DNA from: Acholeplasma sp.
GTDB lineage: Bacteria > Bacillota_I > Bacilli_A > Acholeplasmatales > UBA5453
Assembly: GCA_036677365.1 (NCBI GenBank)
Contig: JAVBWN010000006.1
Location: 8,919-72,918, forward strand
Reading direction: 5' to 3'
DNA: 64,000 bases
Below, in pieces: positions 48,935 to 58,477 of the stretch. A program made the position numbers and the translations under genes. The notes below the pieces were generated by a model that saw only the letters and a list, made by a program, of their open reading frames with translations, made no database searches and had not been told where the DNA came from. Numbering within the stretch: the stretch's first letter is position 1; every line of letters begins with the position of its first letter.

Positions 48935-50270
48935 CAATGGTTTCTAGCATGGCGAATAGTAAAAGGGTTGCGAGTGTGTAGACAATCATGTACATCGTGT
49001 TATCAATCAACCCATGGATTTGTGAGACTATAATACCTATAAGGATTAAACTCTTAACGACGAATCTATGTTTAAATAAGAATTTAAAGGTTTGATAGAA
49101 GTAGTAGACTAATCCCAGTAATCCAAAAGTACCCATCACCGCTAAGGTATGGAATAAGGTTGAATGGAAGACTTGAATGCGATCTGGATTACCAATATCG
49201 GTCATTGCTTCCCAACCACCGCCAAAGACTGGGAATTCTTTATAGATATCCAATGCGTGTCTATATAAAGTGAGTCGATTGGATGTAAAACTATCTAAAT
49301 CATCTAGCCCACCTTGAATCGCGATTTCATAGGCGATTTCTACCAACAGCCTCAATTCATATAGCGCTAACGCGACCAGAATAAAGGCGTAAATCATATT
49401 GAGTATGCCCCATTTATTGGTTTTCTTTATCACGTAAGGCACATAGATTAAGAAAGACAAGAACATCGATAAATAACCGCCTCTTGAGGCTGATACGAAC
49501 ACGACAAAACCGGTTAATAACGGGGTAATCCAGTATAATATATTTTTTGGATGTTTGATGATGAAATAAAATTGTGAACCCATCAATAAGGTAATGTGGA
49601 TGACCACATCGTTGATATTTGCCCACCCAAAATCACCATGGAACCATGACGATTTCATCCCTAATGAAATACGCTCTCGCATCGGTTTATCGAGATTTTC
49701 TAAGAAGAATCCTAGACCAATGTTATAGGATAATTCAGCGAGTAACAAGAGGGATGCGAAGAAGAGAATTCTCATCATATAGGATTCATCGGTTTTTAAG
49801 GTTTGTCTAAAAAACTGATAGAGAATTAAATAGATAAAACCAATCAATGAAAGTATAAGATAGGTCGGTGTAATATCGACATATAGACTGGATGCGATAT
49901 ACGCTATCGCAATCCATAAATACGGCTTGGTTAATACCCCTTTGGAAAACTTAACCTTAAACCGGATGAAATGAACGATGATGCTGATGAATAAGAATAT
50001 CGGAATCAGGAAAATCCATCCAAAGGAACTGATGGTATTCAAGTTTGGATTTTGCATATTGTACATATACATAATACCAATCAGAATTGGTATGGTATAA
50101 ATGGTGTTTTCTATCCAAATTAAGATTAATGATATCAGGATGATGAAAAAGAAGATGGTATAGAGGTTATACATTTGGTTTTCTCCTCTAGAGATAAAAC
50201 CTAAAAAAGCCAACCCATTGACCAGTAGTAGAAAGATATTGGATTTTAAGAAGGCTTCTAACTTTTTCAT
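48909..50270 (-). CDS. O-antigen ligase / Wzy-like polytopic membrane protein
   Basis: About 12 TMs, SASRGG, loop with NRLTLY, HSTLFHTLAVMGTFG, IHGLIDN. Confidence 0.8.
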   Translation of the reverse strand: MKKLEAFLKSNIFLLLVNGLAFLGFISRGENQMYNLYTIFFFIILISLILIWIENTIYTIPILIGIMYMYNMQNPNLNTISSFGWIFLIPIFLFISIIVHFIRFKVKFSKGVLTKPYLWIAIAYIASSLYVDITPTYLILSLIGFIYLILYQFFRQTLKTDESYMMRILFFASLLLLAELSYNIGLGFFLENLDKPMRERISLGMKSSWFHGDFGWANINDVVIHITLLMGSQFYFIIKHPKNILYWITPLLTGFVVFVSASRGGYLSMFLSFLIYVPYVIKKTNKWGILNMIYAFILVALALYELRLLVEIAYEIAIQGGLDDLDSFTSNRLTLYRHALDIYKEFPVFGGGWEAMTDIGNPDRIQVFHSTLFHTLAVMGTFGLLGLVYYFYQTFKFLFKHRFVVKSLILIGIIVSQIHGLIDNTMYMIVYTLATLLLFAMLETIENKTVTFK

Positions 50271-50304
50271 GAAAAAACCTCAGTATGTTTATTATAAAAC
50301 AAAA

Positions 50305-50925
50305 TCAAGCCATTCTAACCACACTATTGAATTTCTTTTCAAAACCTATGTGTGTTGTACGTCCATGACCAGGGTAACACATGGTGTTGTCGGGTAGTAA
50401 ATAGAGTTTGTTCAATAGGCTATCTTTTAAGTCTATAAAAGAGGATAAATATAAATCGGTTCTACCAACCGTCATATAAAAGAGGGTATCACCAGAAAAC
50501 AATACACCTTCGCTGGCTAAATAAAGACTGGTCCCCCCTTGAGAATGGCCTGGGGTATGGATGACTTTAAATACGATATCTTGAAACGTGATTTCTTGTT
50601 CAATATCTGAATCCAACCAACTATCGACATGTACTTTATAACCCAACCGTGAAATACCCAAGGCAGGGTCAAAGAAGACAGCATCTAATTTAGGTGCGAT
50701 GACTTCCGCTTTAGGGTATAAAGCTTTCAAAACATTGATACCCCCAATATGATCAAAATGGCCGTGGGTCGCGTAGATGATATCGACTTCCAAATCATTA
50801 TCCTTTAGAAATTGTTTGACTGCCATCGAATCATAACCAGGGTCAATGACCAAAGCGTGTTGGTTCTTAACAACGATATAGCAGTTGCTTTTGATATCAC
50901 CAAGTGTGAAACGTTTGATTTCCAT
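50305..50925 (-). CDS. MBL-fold metallo-hydrolase (glyoxalase II-like)
   Basis: THGHFDHIGG, HTPGHS, SGDTLF, PGHG. Confidence 0.92.
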   Translation of the reverse strand: MEIKRFTLGDIKSNCYIVVKNQHALVIDPGYDSMAVKQFLKDNDLEVDIIYATHGHFDHIGGINVLKALYPKAEVIAPKLDAVFFDPALGISRLGYKVHVDSWLDSDIEQEITFQDIVFKVIHTPGHSQGGTSLYLASEGVLFSGDTLFYMTVGRTDLYLSSFIDLKDSLLNKLYLLPDNTMCYPGHGRTTHIGFEKKFNSVVRMA

Positions 50926-51023
50926 AGAAACACCTCATACTCATTATAGCGTTTTCTAAAGAAACGTAAAGTATTACACGCATAACACCAATGAAAAAAG
51001 CACATCATCACATGTGCTTAGAC

Positions 51024-51284
51024 TCATTCATAGTGTATCCATAATCGCAGGATAATGATGGCTTTATGGCCTTCATCTATCTTATATATCAATCGGTGTT
51101 GTCGGTTGATTCTTCTCGAATAAGCACCTTTTAAATCGCCAACTAATTTTTCATAGGGTGGTGGCGTCTCAAAAGGATTTTTTCGAATGATGTCAATCAG
51201 ATTTTTAGCCTTTTGATCTAAACCTGCCCGTTTTAAATCATCGATGTCTTTGATTGCCTGTTTTGTATAACGGATCTCATACAT
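51024..51284 (-). CDS. yoeB: Txe/YoeB family toxin
   Basis: NPF, YEKLVGDLKGAYSRRINRQHRLIY, C-terminal HYE. Confidence 0.93.
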   Translation of the reverse strand: MYEIRYTKQAIKDIDDLKRAGLDQKAKNLIDIIRKNPFETPPPYEKLVGDLKGAYSRRINRQHRLIYKIDEGHKAIIILRLWIHYE

Positions 51285-51290
51285 GGGGTA

Positions 51291-51542
51291 TTACCATTTG
51301 ACTTTGTCTTCAGCAACCGTTTGTTCATAAGGGGTATTTAATCCTTCGACCAATGATTTTTTGAATTCTTCGTTTTGACTTAGATAAATGGTTTCAAGTA
51401 AAGAACGATACTCATCTTCAGAAATCATAATGACATTGCCTTTTTTGGTGTTGATGTTGATTTCAACCCCATTGTCTAATGCCATTTCAGCGAGTTTATA
51501 TAAATCTTTACGTGCATTGGTGATATTTGTGGTATATGGCAT
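51291..51542 (-). CDS. yefM: Phd/YefM family antitoxin
   Basis: NITNARKDLYKL, VIMISEDEYRSLLETIYL; RBS AAGGGG supports ATG 51542. Confidence 0.92.
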   Translation of the reverse strand: MPYTTNITNARKDLYKLAEMALDNGVEININTKKGNVIMISEDEYRSLLETIYLSQNEEFKKSLVEGLNTPYEQTVAEDKVKW

Positions 51543-51565
51543 ATGGATCATCCCCTTCTAAATTC

Positions 51566-51594
51566 ATTATAACATACGTAATTACGTACGTCTA
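51566..51594 (-). promoter_or_regulatory. yefM-yoeB promoter with palindromic operator
   Basis: Extended -10 TG-T-TATAAT on the minus strand; perfect palindrome TACGTAATTACGTA (51575-51588) between -35 and -10. Confidence 0.75.
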
Positions 51595-51704
51595 TGAATG
51601 TTATTCGATAATAACGATTTCATAGCCATACTTTAGTATAATACAGTTAAATCATTTGTAAAAAAGTGATAATAAGCATAAAATAAGGAGTGGAGGTTAT
51701 ATCG

Positions 51705-52631
51705 ATGAATATCTATCAAAACTACGCTGAGTTGGTGGGCAATACCCCATTACTCAGACTCAATAAATTAGAAAAAGAACTGAAAACAGAAGGCCGATTG
51801 ATTGCGAAAATAGAACGTTTCAACCCACTTTCAAGTGTGAAAGACCGTTTGGCTAAAGCGATGGTTGAGGATTTAGAACAAAAAGGTCTCATTAACCAAG
51901 ACACTGTACTGGTTGAACCAACCTCCGGGAATACTGGGATTGGTTTAGCGTTCATATGTGCTGCTAAAGGTATCCCTTTGGTCATCATCATGCCTGAAAC
52001 AGTAACCAAGGAACGCGTGATGACGGTTAAAGCCTTAGGGGCATGTGTCATCTTAACCGAAGGACCCCTTGGCATGAAGGGTGCGATTGCGAAAGCAGAA
52101 TCGATGTTGAAAGAAAACCCAAGATACATCATGCCACAACAATTTAAAAACTTAGCCAATGCTGAAATGCACCGAAAAACCACAGCGGTTGAAATATTAA
52201 GAGATACCGATAATCAAGTCGCTGCATTTGTTGCAGGGGTTGGTACTGGTGGTACCATCACAGGTGTTGGTGAAGTCTTAAAACAAACCATTAAGGACGT
52301 TGAAATTGTGGCAGTAGAACCATATGATTCATCTGTATTATCGGGTGAAAAACCAGGGTCTCACCGCATTCAAGGGATTGGGGCTGGTTTCATTCCAGAT
52401 GTCCTCAATGTAAAAATCATTGACAGAATCATTCGTGTCACGAACGATGAAGCGATTCAAATGGCGAAATTGGTTGCGAAAACCGAAGGGGTATTCGTAG
52501 GCATTTCCTCAGGAGCTGCGTTGGTTGCAGCTGTTGAAGTCGCGAAAAATCCAAAGTATAAAGATCAAAATATCGTGGTAGTATTACCAGATTCAGGGGA
52601 ACGTTATCTATCCACTGGGGTATTTGAATAA
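51705..52631 (+). CDS. cysK: Cysteine synthase A
   Basis: NPLSSVKDR (PLP Lys), EPTSGNTG, GVGTGGT, IQGIGAG, GISSGA. Confidence 0.96.
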   Translation: MNIYQNYAELVGNTPLLRLNKLEKELKTEGRLIAKIERFNPLSSVKDRLAKAMVEDLEQKGLINQDTVLVEPTSGNTGIGLAFICAAKGIPLVIIMPETVTKERVMTVKALGACVILTEGPLGMKGAIAKAESMLKENPRYIMPQQFKNLANAEMHRKTTAVEILRDTDNQVAAFVAGVGTGGTITGVGEVLKQTIKDVEIVAVEPYDSSVLSGEKPGSHRIQGIGAGFIPDVLNVKIIDRIIRVTNDEAIQMAKLVAKTEGVFVGISSGAALVAAVEVAKNPKYKDQNIVVVLPDSGERYLSTGVFE

Positions 52632-52632
52632 T

Positions 52633-53262
52633 ATGTTTTTTAAAGAACTCCGGTTGACCATCAACCAAGCCAAGAAGAACGACCCTTCAGCCCCATCTAA
52701 ACTGACCATATTATTATCCTATCCAGGCATACACGCACTGATGTATTACCGTGTTGCGAGATTCTTTTATAACATCAAATGGACTGGTCTTGCAAGAATC
52801 ATTTCCAATATCGGAAGAACATTCACCAACATCGATATTCACCCAGGGGCGAAAATCGGTAAAGGCTTATTCATCGACCATGGGGCGGGGGTTGTCATTG
52901 GACAAACCGCCATCATCGGTGATGACTGCGTCTTATTTCATGGTGTCACTTTAGGATCCAATTCTACCAATGCTAAAGGAAATCGCCACCCCATCTTAGG
53001 CAACCGTGTGACCATTTACGCGAACGCTACTTTGGTCGGGCCAGTGAAAATTGGCGATGACTCGGTAATCGGTGCAAGTACCATCGTGAAACAAGATTTA
53101 CCTAATAACAGTGTGGTGGTAGGGAATCCAATGAGATTCCTATCCATTGATGGTAAACGTGTGTATGATTCGACCTGTGAATGTGAAATCATGAAACAAG
53201 AACTCGCTGCTATGAAAGAACGTTTAGAAGAACTTCAGAAGCAACTAGAATCAAAATCATAA
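52633..53262 (+). CDS. cysE: Serine O-acetyltransferase
   Basis: DIHPGAKIG, FIDHGAGVVIG, HGVTLG, RHP hexapeptide region; coiled-coil tail. Confidence 0.95.
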   Translation: MFFKELRLTINQAKKNDPSAPSKLTILLSYPGIHALMYYRVARFFYNIKWTGLARIISNIGRTFTNIDIHPGAKIGKGLFIDHGAGVVIGQTAIIGDDCVLFHGVTLGSNSTNAKGNRHPILGNRVTIYANATLVGPVKIGDDSVIGASTIVKQDLPNNSVVVGNPMRFLSIDGKRVYDSTCECEIMKQELAAMKERLEELQKQLESKS

Positions 53263-53306
53263 TAAACATAGAAGGCACCGAATGCGCTAATACCGCACTC
53301 AGGTGC
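53210..53306 (+). repeat. cysE 3' end plus terminator, copy 1 of a 97-bp direct repeat
   Basis: Matches 54152-54248 at an offset of 942 nt; 86/97 by hand alignment. Confidence 0.95.
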
Positions 53307-53435
53307 TTTTCTTTTACATTTATAAACATATTTTAAATTATTTATTATTATATTATCAATATTTATGATACTATGTTTATAACAAGGTTTAAATCAATGT
53401 TATAGCATTTGAACATAATTCATTAGAAAGATAGG

Positions 53436-54134
53436 ATGATATCTATGGAAAATAATACAAGTAGAAGCGATAGACTTACGACGAGATTTAAAATTAAAGT
53501 CAACTTTATCAAGTATCACCAAAATTTATCTCGTTTCTATTGCAGATGGCTTTTTGTTGTGTCAATTATTGTTTTCCTATTTATAGATGAGGTAGAAATT
53601 GGCTTTTATACGTACATTTGTGGGTTAGTCACTTTGATCATATTAAGACTTTTAGTTCTAAGGAGATATCCCATCAAAGCCTTCAATAAAAATAATCCTT
53701 TGTCATGGGACTCAATCTTTAGTCACCTTAAAGAAATTAGTATTTTCGGAGTCACTTTATTATTGTTGATACCTATAACCTACCATACTCAAACAAATCA
53801 AAGTTTAGAGAAAATAGTGTTTCTACCGTTGATGTTCATTGAAGGCTATTTTCTAGGGAAAGGGATCATATTCATTCTAAAGTTACTGTTTTCACTGGCA
53901 TCTAAGTATGCAATAGACATGCGAAAGAACGAAATCATTTATAACTCGGTTCTCGTATCTGTATTGTTTTTTGGGTATATTGGTTTTTATTGGTATTTGA
54001 GTATTTACGGTACCATTCATAGTCTAACATTATATACGCTATTCCAAATAAATTATCTAATTTATATCATTTTGCCAGTGTCACTTATTAATATAATTGC
54101 AATTATAGTAAAAAGAAGAAATTCAAAAGTATAG
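53436..54134 (+). CDS. Hypothetical polytopic membrane protein (about six TMs), AT-rich cargo
   Basis: Hydrophobic ORF lying between the two repeat copies. Confidence 0.75.
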   Translation: MISMENNTSRSDRLTTRFKIKVNFIKYHQNLSRFYCRWLFVVSIIVFLFIDEVEIGFYTYICGLVTLIILRLLVLRRYPIKAFNKNNPLSWDSIFSHLKEISIFGVTLLLLIPITYHTQTNQSLEKIVFLPLMFIEGYFLGKGIIFILKLLFSLASKYAIDMRKNEIIYNSVLVSVLFFGYIGFYWYLSIYGTIHSLTLYTLFQINYLIYIILPVSLINIIAIIVKRRNSKV

Positions 54135-54151
54135 GATAATATCAATTTTCC

Positions 54152-54248
54152 CTATGGAACAATGTTTAGAAGAACTTCAGAAGCAACTAGAATCCAAATC
54201 ATAGAAGATACTTAAGGCACCGAATGCGCTAATACCGCACTCAGGTGC
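54152..54248 (+). repeat. Copy 2 of the cysE 3' end/terminator repeat
   Basis: Encodes MEQCLEELQKQLESKS* versus cysE MKERLEELQKQLESKS*; 35-nt hairpin identical. Confidence 0.95.
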
Positions 54249-54332
54249 CTTTATTTATAATGTTTACTATATCTTTTGAAATGGTTTATGCAAAAAAATA
54301 TAATAGCCTTGTAACAAAAGGGTGGGTTTCTC

Positions 54333-55289
54333 TTGAAGAAAAGGCTTTATTTAATCATTCTATTTGCGCTGCTATTGATCCTATCGGTATCGATTGGCGT
54401 CTCTAATATCAAGTTCATCGATGTTGTCAAATTAGACCCGGATACGTGGTTTCTTTTACTGACATCTAGATTACCAAGAACCATCGCGATTATCCTAACA
54501 GCAGTGGGGTTATCTATCTCTGGGTTAATCCTTCAAACCATCAGTAAGAACAAGTTTATCTCACCTTCTGTGGTGGGTGTAACAGACAGTGCTCAACTCG
54601 GTATCTTATTGGCGTATTTATTATTTGGAACCCTCAGTTTAACCTTTAAATTGGTGTTCGCTTTTGGGTTTGCAGTATTAGGCTCTTTTGTATTTATTAC
54701 GATCTTAAACAAGATCAAATTCAAAAACGAAATCTATGTCCCTCTAATTGGGATGATGTTTGGTAGTATCATCGCTGCGATTGTATCTTTTCTAGCCTTC
54801 CAGTTCAACGCGACCCAATTCATCGATACGATTGGGGTAGGCAGTTTTACAACCAAAATCGCGGGTAATTATGAACTGCTTTATGTTGTTATACCACCAC
54901 TCATTCTCGCATTTATATATATGGTTCAATTTAATATCATCGGGATTGGGGAAGACTTTGCTAAAAACCTAGGGGTCAATTATAAACGAACCATGATGAT
55001 GGGGTTAGTCATCATTTCGATGGTAACTGCAGCCATCTTTGTGGTAGTCGGTTCTATCCCATTCATTGGATTGGTTGTACCGAACTTGGTATCTATTTAT
55101 TATGGCGATAATGTCAAAAAAAATGCGATTGATATCGCCTTATTTGGATCTGTCTTTGTTTTGATTGGTGATATTCTATCAAGAGTCATCATTTATCCAT
55201 ATGAGATTCCTGTGTCCTTAACCATGGGTGTCTTAGGCTCGATTATTTTCTTATATCTCATTTATAGGAGGATCAATCATGCCAAATAA
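54333..55289 (+). CDS. Iron-siderophore ABC transporter permease (FecCD family)
   Basis: SRLPRT, NKFISPSVVG, GEDFAKNLG, IPFIGLVVPN. Confidence 0.92.
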   Translation: MKKRLYLIILFALLLILSVSIGVSNIKFIDVVKLDPDTWFLLLTSRLPRTIAIILTAVGLSISGLILQTISKNKFISPSVVGVTDSAQLGILLAYLLFGTLSLTFKLVFAFGFAVLGSFVFITILNKIKFKNEIYVPLIGMMFGSIIAAIVSFLAFQFNATQFIDTIGVGSFTTKIAGNYELLYVVIPPLILAFIYMVQFNIIGIGEDFAKNLGVNYKRTMMMGLVIISMVTAAIFVVVGSIPFIGLVVPNLVSIYYGDNVKKNAIDIALFGSVFVLIGDILSRVIIYPYEIPVSLTMGVLGSIIFLYLIYRRINHAK

Positions 55290-56256
55290 ATTCATTAAAC
55301 CGTTAATTATGGTAGGGCTACTTGCACTACTTGCAGTGATACTGTACCTCACCTATTGGCTCATTGGTATCGATGTGATTACCATGGGTCAATTAGAACG
55401 TGGGTTATCGAGACGTGGTGCCCGAGTGGTCGCGATGATTGTGGTCGCATTCACCATGGGCATCACTGGATTATTCTTCCAAACCTTGACACAAAATCGA
55501 ATCTTAACCCCAAGCGTGATTGGGTTTGATTCGACCTTCGTGCTTGCTCAAACACTCATCGTGTTTATGTTTGGCAGTAGTACTGTACTGATTGCGAACC
55601 CTTACTATAATTTCATATTATCGACATTGGTAATGGTGTTTTCTTCCTTACTGTTATACGGATTCGTATTAAAAAAAGGGAAAAACAACCTCGCACTACT
55701 CCTATTGGTAGGGTTGGTCTTTAGAACCTTGATGGGCAGCCTCACGTCATTTCTATCCAGAATCATCGATCCGGACGATTTTCTGGTGGTGACTTCACGT
55801 TCGATGGCTTCCTTGACCAACATGAACACCTCGATTTTATGGTATCTCGCACTACCCATCTTAGTCATCATGATCATTTTGATGGCCAAAGATACGAAGT
55901 CGTTTGATGTCATGAATTTGGGTGAAGACCAAGCAAAGAGCTTGGGGGTATCCTATTATAAGCTGATGAACCGTCATTTGGTTTACATCTCGATTTTAAT
56001 ATCGGTATCCACAGCTTTGGTAGGTCCACTCATGTTTCTAGGTCTCATTACCGTCAACCTCGCTCGGGAATTACTCAAAACAGATTATCATAAACCACTC
56101 CTTTGGATGAGTAGCTTACTGGGGGTTGTGTTCTTGGTTTTAGGACAGTTTATATTAACCACCTTTAACCTCAATACCTCGCTAGCTACCCTCATCAATT
56201 TGGTTGGTGGGTTATATATGATCACTGTTTTAGTGAAAGGAGAAAAACAAGCATGA
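55279..56256 (+). CDS. Iron-siderophore ABC transporter permease (FecCD family)
   Basis: FQTLTQNRILTPSVIGFDS, LGEDQAKSLG, GPLMFLG. Confidence 0.92.
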   Translation: MPNKFIKPLIMVGLLALLAVILYLTYWLIGIDVITMGQLERGLSRRGARVVAMIVVAFTMGITGLFFQTLTQNRILTPSVIGFDSTFVLAQTLIVFMFGSSTVLIANPYYNFILSTLVMVFSSLLLYGFVLKKGKNNLALLLLVGLVFRTLMGSLTSFLSRIIDPDDFLVVTSRSMASLTNMNTSILWYLALPILVIMIILMAKDTKSFDVMNLGEDQAKSLGVSYYKLMNRHLVYISILISVSTALVGPLMFLGLITVNLARELLKTDYHKPLLWMSSLLGVVFLVLGQFILTTFNLNTSLATLINLVGGLYMITVLVKGEKQA

Positions 56257-57032
56257 TTGAAATTAAACAAGTCTCTAAAAAATATGGCAGTTTGGTTGTC
56301 TTAGATGACATCCATCTGACCATTAAAGATGGCGCAGTCACGGCCCTCATTGGACCCAATGGGGCTGGGAAGTCGACACTTTTAGGCGTAATTTCAAAAC
56401 TGATTGAAGCCGATTCAGGTACTGTTTTATTGGATGGGGAATCCATTTCAAAAATCAAGCCCAATGTCTTTGCCAAGGCGATAGCTATCCTTAAACAGAC
56501 GAATCAAATCCATGTCAATTTAACGGTCAGAGAACTCGTAAGTTTCGGTCGTTGGCCACATTCGAAAGGCAATCTTACCAAAGAAGATGAAGCCAAAATC
56601 GATGAAGCCATACAGTTCTTAAGACTCAAAGAAGTAGAACATAAAAGCATTAACCATTTGTCAGGTGGCCAAAAACAACGCGCATACATCGCGATGATTG
56701 TGGCACAAGACACCAAATATGTCTTGTTAGATGAACCACTCAATAACCTCGATATGCGTTATTCGGTAGATATGATGCTCATCCTCCAAGATTTGGTTAA
56801 AAAGCTTGGAAAAACCGTCATGATTGTTTTACATGACATCAATTTCGCAGCCACGTTCTCCGATCACATCATCGCGATGAAAGATGGCAAAATCATCCAA
56901 GAAGGCACCCCAGATCAAATCATGGAAAAAGACATTTTAGATTATGTATTTGACCATGAGTTTTGTATCGCCGGTGTCAATGGTAAAAAGTATTGTATAT
57001 ACTATCAAGAAAGTGTAGAGGAAAAGATATGA
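56253..57032 (+). CDS. Iron-siderophore ABC transporter ATP-binding protein
   Basis: GPNGAGKS, LSGGQKQR, LLDEP, LHDIN. Confidence 0.93.
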   Translation: MIEIKQVSKKYGSLVVLDDIHLTIKDGAVTALIGPNGAGKSTLLGVISKLIEADSGTVLLDGESISKIKPNVFAKAIAILKQTNQIHVNLTVRELVSFGRWPHSKGNLTKEDEAKIDEAIQFLRLKEVEHKSINHLSGGQKQRAYIAMIVAQDTKYVLLDEPLNNLDMRYSVDMMLILQDLVKKLGKTVMIVLHDINFAATFSDHIIAMKDGKIIQEGTPDQIMEKDILDYVFDHEFCIAGVNGKKYCIYYQESVEEKI

Positions 57033-58030
57033 AAAAAATCTTGTTTTTAATCATGGTTATGTCCATGAGCCTATTTTTAGCAGCATGCACCATCGTAGAT
57101 GATTCAAAAGAATACCCGGAAACAGTGACAATCACGCAAACGGTGACACACGCCACTTCAAGAACCGATGAAAATCGTACCACGGAGACTGTCCAAGAAG
57201 TCATTCCAACCAACCCGAAAAATGTCGCCATCTTTGATTTTGGTGTCTTAGATATATTAGACCACATCGGCATAGAAGCCTTAGGCATTGAAAAATTAGC
57301 AATCGTCAAGTCCAATGTCCCAAGTTACTTAAGCAAGTATAACATCGACTCAGTTACCAATGCAGGGACATTGTTCGAGCCTAATTTTGATACCCTGGAC
57401 TTATTCAGCCCAGATTTGGTCATCATTTCTTCAAGAAGTGCCTGGACTTATGATAAATTAAAAGCCGAATTGGGTGGGGTAGCTGTACTCAATGTCGCTG
57501 TCGATAACACCAAATATTTAGAGAGTGTTGAAACCAATTTAGACAACTTGAAATCCATTTTTGGCGGTAATGAAGCGTTTGATACGATGAAAACCACCCT
57601 TCAAACCAAAACCGCTGAAGTGAAACTACTCGCGCAAGTGAGCAACTTCAAAACTTTAATTGTCATGACCAATGGCGATGATATTTCTGGTTATGGGTTG
57701 GGTTCTCGTTTCAGTTTCATTCACAATGAGCTCGCTTTCCCAGCAGCCGATGCCAACTTCGGTAATGGGGATGCGAATACCCATGGGGACATCATTTCAT
57801 TCGAATACATACAAACCTTAAACCCTGATGTGATTTTTGTGGTTGACCGTGCCGCAGCGGTGGGCGGAGAAGCATCGACAGGGGTGCTTGATAACGCGCT
57901 TGTAAACTCAACAAATGCAGCCCAAAACAACCGAATTATCGTCTTAGATTCGATCGCTTGGTATATTGTATCCGGAGGATATCAATCGACCCTGACGATG
58001 ATCAACGATACAAAAGCTTTGTTTAGTTAA
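57029..58030 (+). CDS. Siderophore-binding lipoprotein (CeuA/YclQ/FatB-like)
   Basis: Lipobox LAAC, GTLFEP, SRF, HG..ISFEYI, NPD..FVVDR; ATG 57029 overlaps the previous stop. Confidence 0.92.
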   Translation: MKKILFLIMVMSMSLFLAACTIVDDSKEYPETVTITQTVTHATSRTDENRTTETVQEVIPTNPKNVAIFDFGVLDILDHIGIEALGIEKLAIVKSNVPSYLSKYNIDSVTNAGTLFEPNFDTLDLFSPDLVIISSRSAWTYDKLKAELGGVAVLNVAVDNTKYLESVETNLDNLKSIFGGNEAFDTMKTTLQTKTAEVKLLAQVSNFKTLIVMTNGDDISGYGLGSRFSFIHNELAFPAADANFGNGDANTHGDIISFEYIQTLNPDVIFVVDRAAAVGGEASTGVLDNALVNSTNAAQNNRIIVLDSIAWYIVSGGYQSTLTMINDTKALFS

Positions 58031-58036
58031 GTCCTG

Positions 58037-58065
58037 TTGACATCCAACCAATAAATTGATACAAT
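58037..58065 (+). promoter_or_regulatory. Promoter of secG
   Basis: TTGACA-17 nt-TACAAT. Confidence 0.75.
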
Positions 58066-58090
58066 AAAGTGTATTTTAGGAGGTACCCAC

Positions 58091-58315
58091 ATGAATTTTG
58101 CTGATTGGATCGCTATGGTACTAGGTCTATTATTAATCGTAGCAGTTGCTTTACAATCTTCACAAGACGATGTCGCAAGCGCATTTTCTGGTGAAAAATC
58201 AGAGTTATTTAAAAATTCAAAGGCGAGAGGCTTAGAACTCTTCTTAGTAAGATTCACCGCTGTCGTGTCCTTTTTATTTGTGGCTATGGTCATTACATCC
58301 ATCCTTACCCACTAA
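58091..58315 (+). CDS. secG: Preprotein translocase subunit SecG
   Basis: Two TMs with LQSS..AFSG..LFKNSKARG loop. Confidence 0.93.
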   Translation: MNFADWIAMVLGLLLIVAVALQSSQDDVASAFSGEKSELFKNSKARGLELFLVRFTAVVSFLFVAMVITSILTH

Positions 58316-58336
58316 GATAACTGAAAAAAACCAATC

Positions 58337-58366
58337 AAAATCCCTTATTCGATTAAGGGATTTTTT
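58337..58366 (+). terminator. Rho-independent terminator of secG
   Basis: AAAATCCCTTA-TTCGAT-TAAGGGATTTT. Confidence 0.85.
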
Positions 58367-58383
58367 GTCGTATGAATATATGA

Positions 58384-58458
58384 TTGCACCTTCATGTTTC
58401 TTAAAAGTGCAAAAATTGCACCAAAATTATCACATAAAGTGCAAACATATGTTATTAT
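58384..58458 (+). promoter_or_regulatory. Two tandem palindromic operators overlapping the MNT-HEPN promoter
   Basis: TTGCAC-N17-GTGCAA at 58384-58412 and 58416-58444; extended -10 TG-T-TATTAT at 58450-58458. Confidence 0.75.
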
Positions 58459-58477
58459 ATAGACAGAGGTGATACCT

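Noticed and set aside
51595-51704. T-box or SAM riboswitch upstream of cysK-cysE
   Set aside because: Too short and lacks T-box (AAGGTGGTACC-like) or S-box motifs
53100-53262. Coiled-coil C-terminal extension of CysE as a novel domain
   Set aside because: Similar tails occur in Firmicutes CysE proteins; only the DNA duplication is notable
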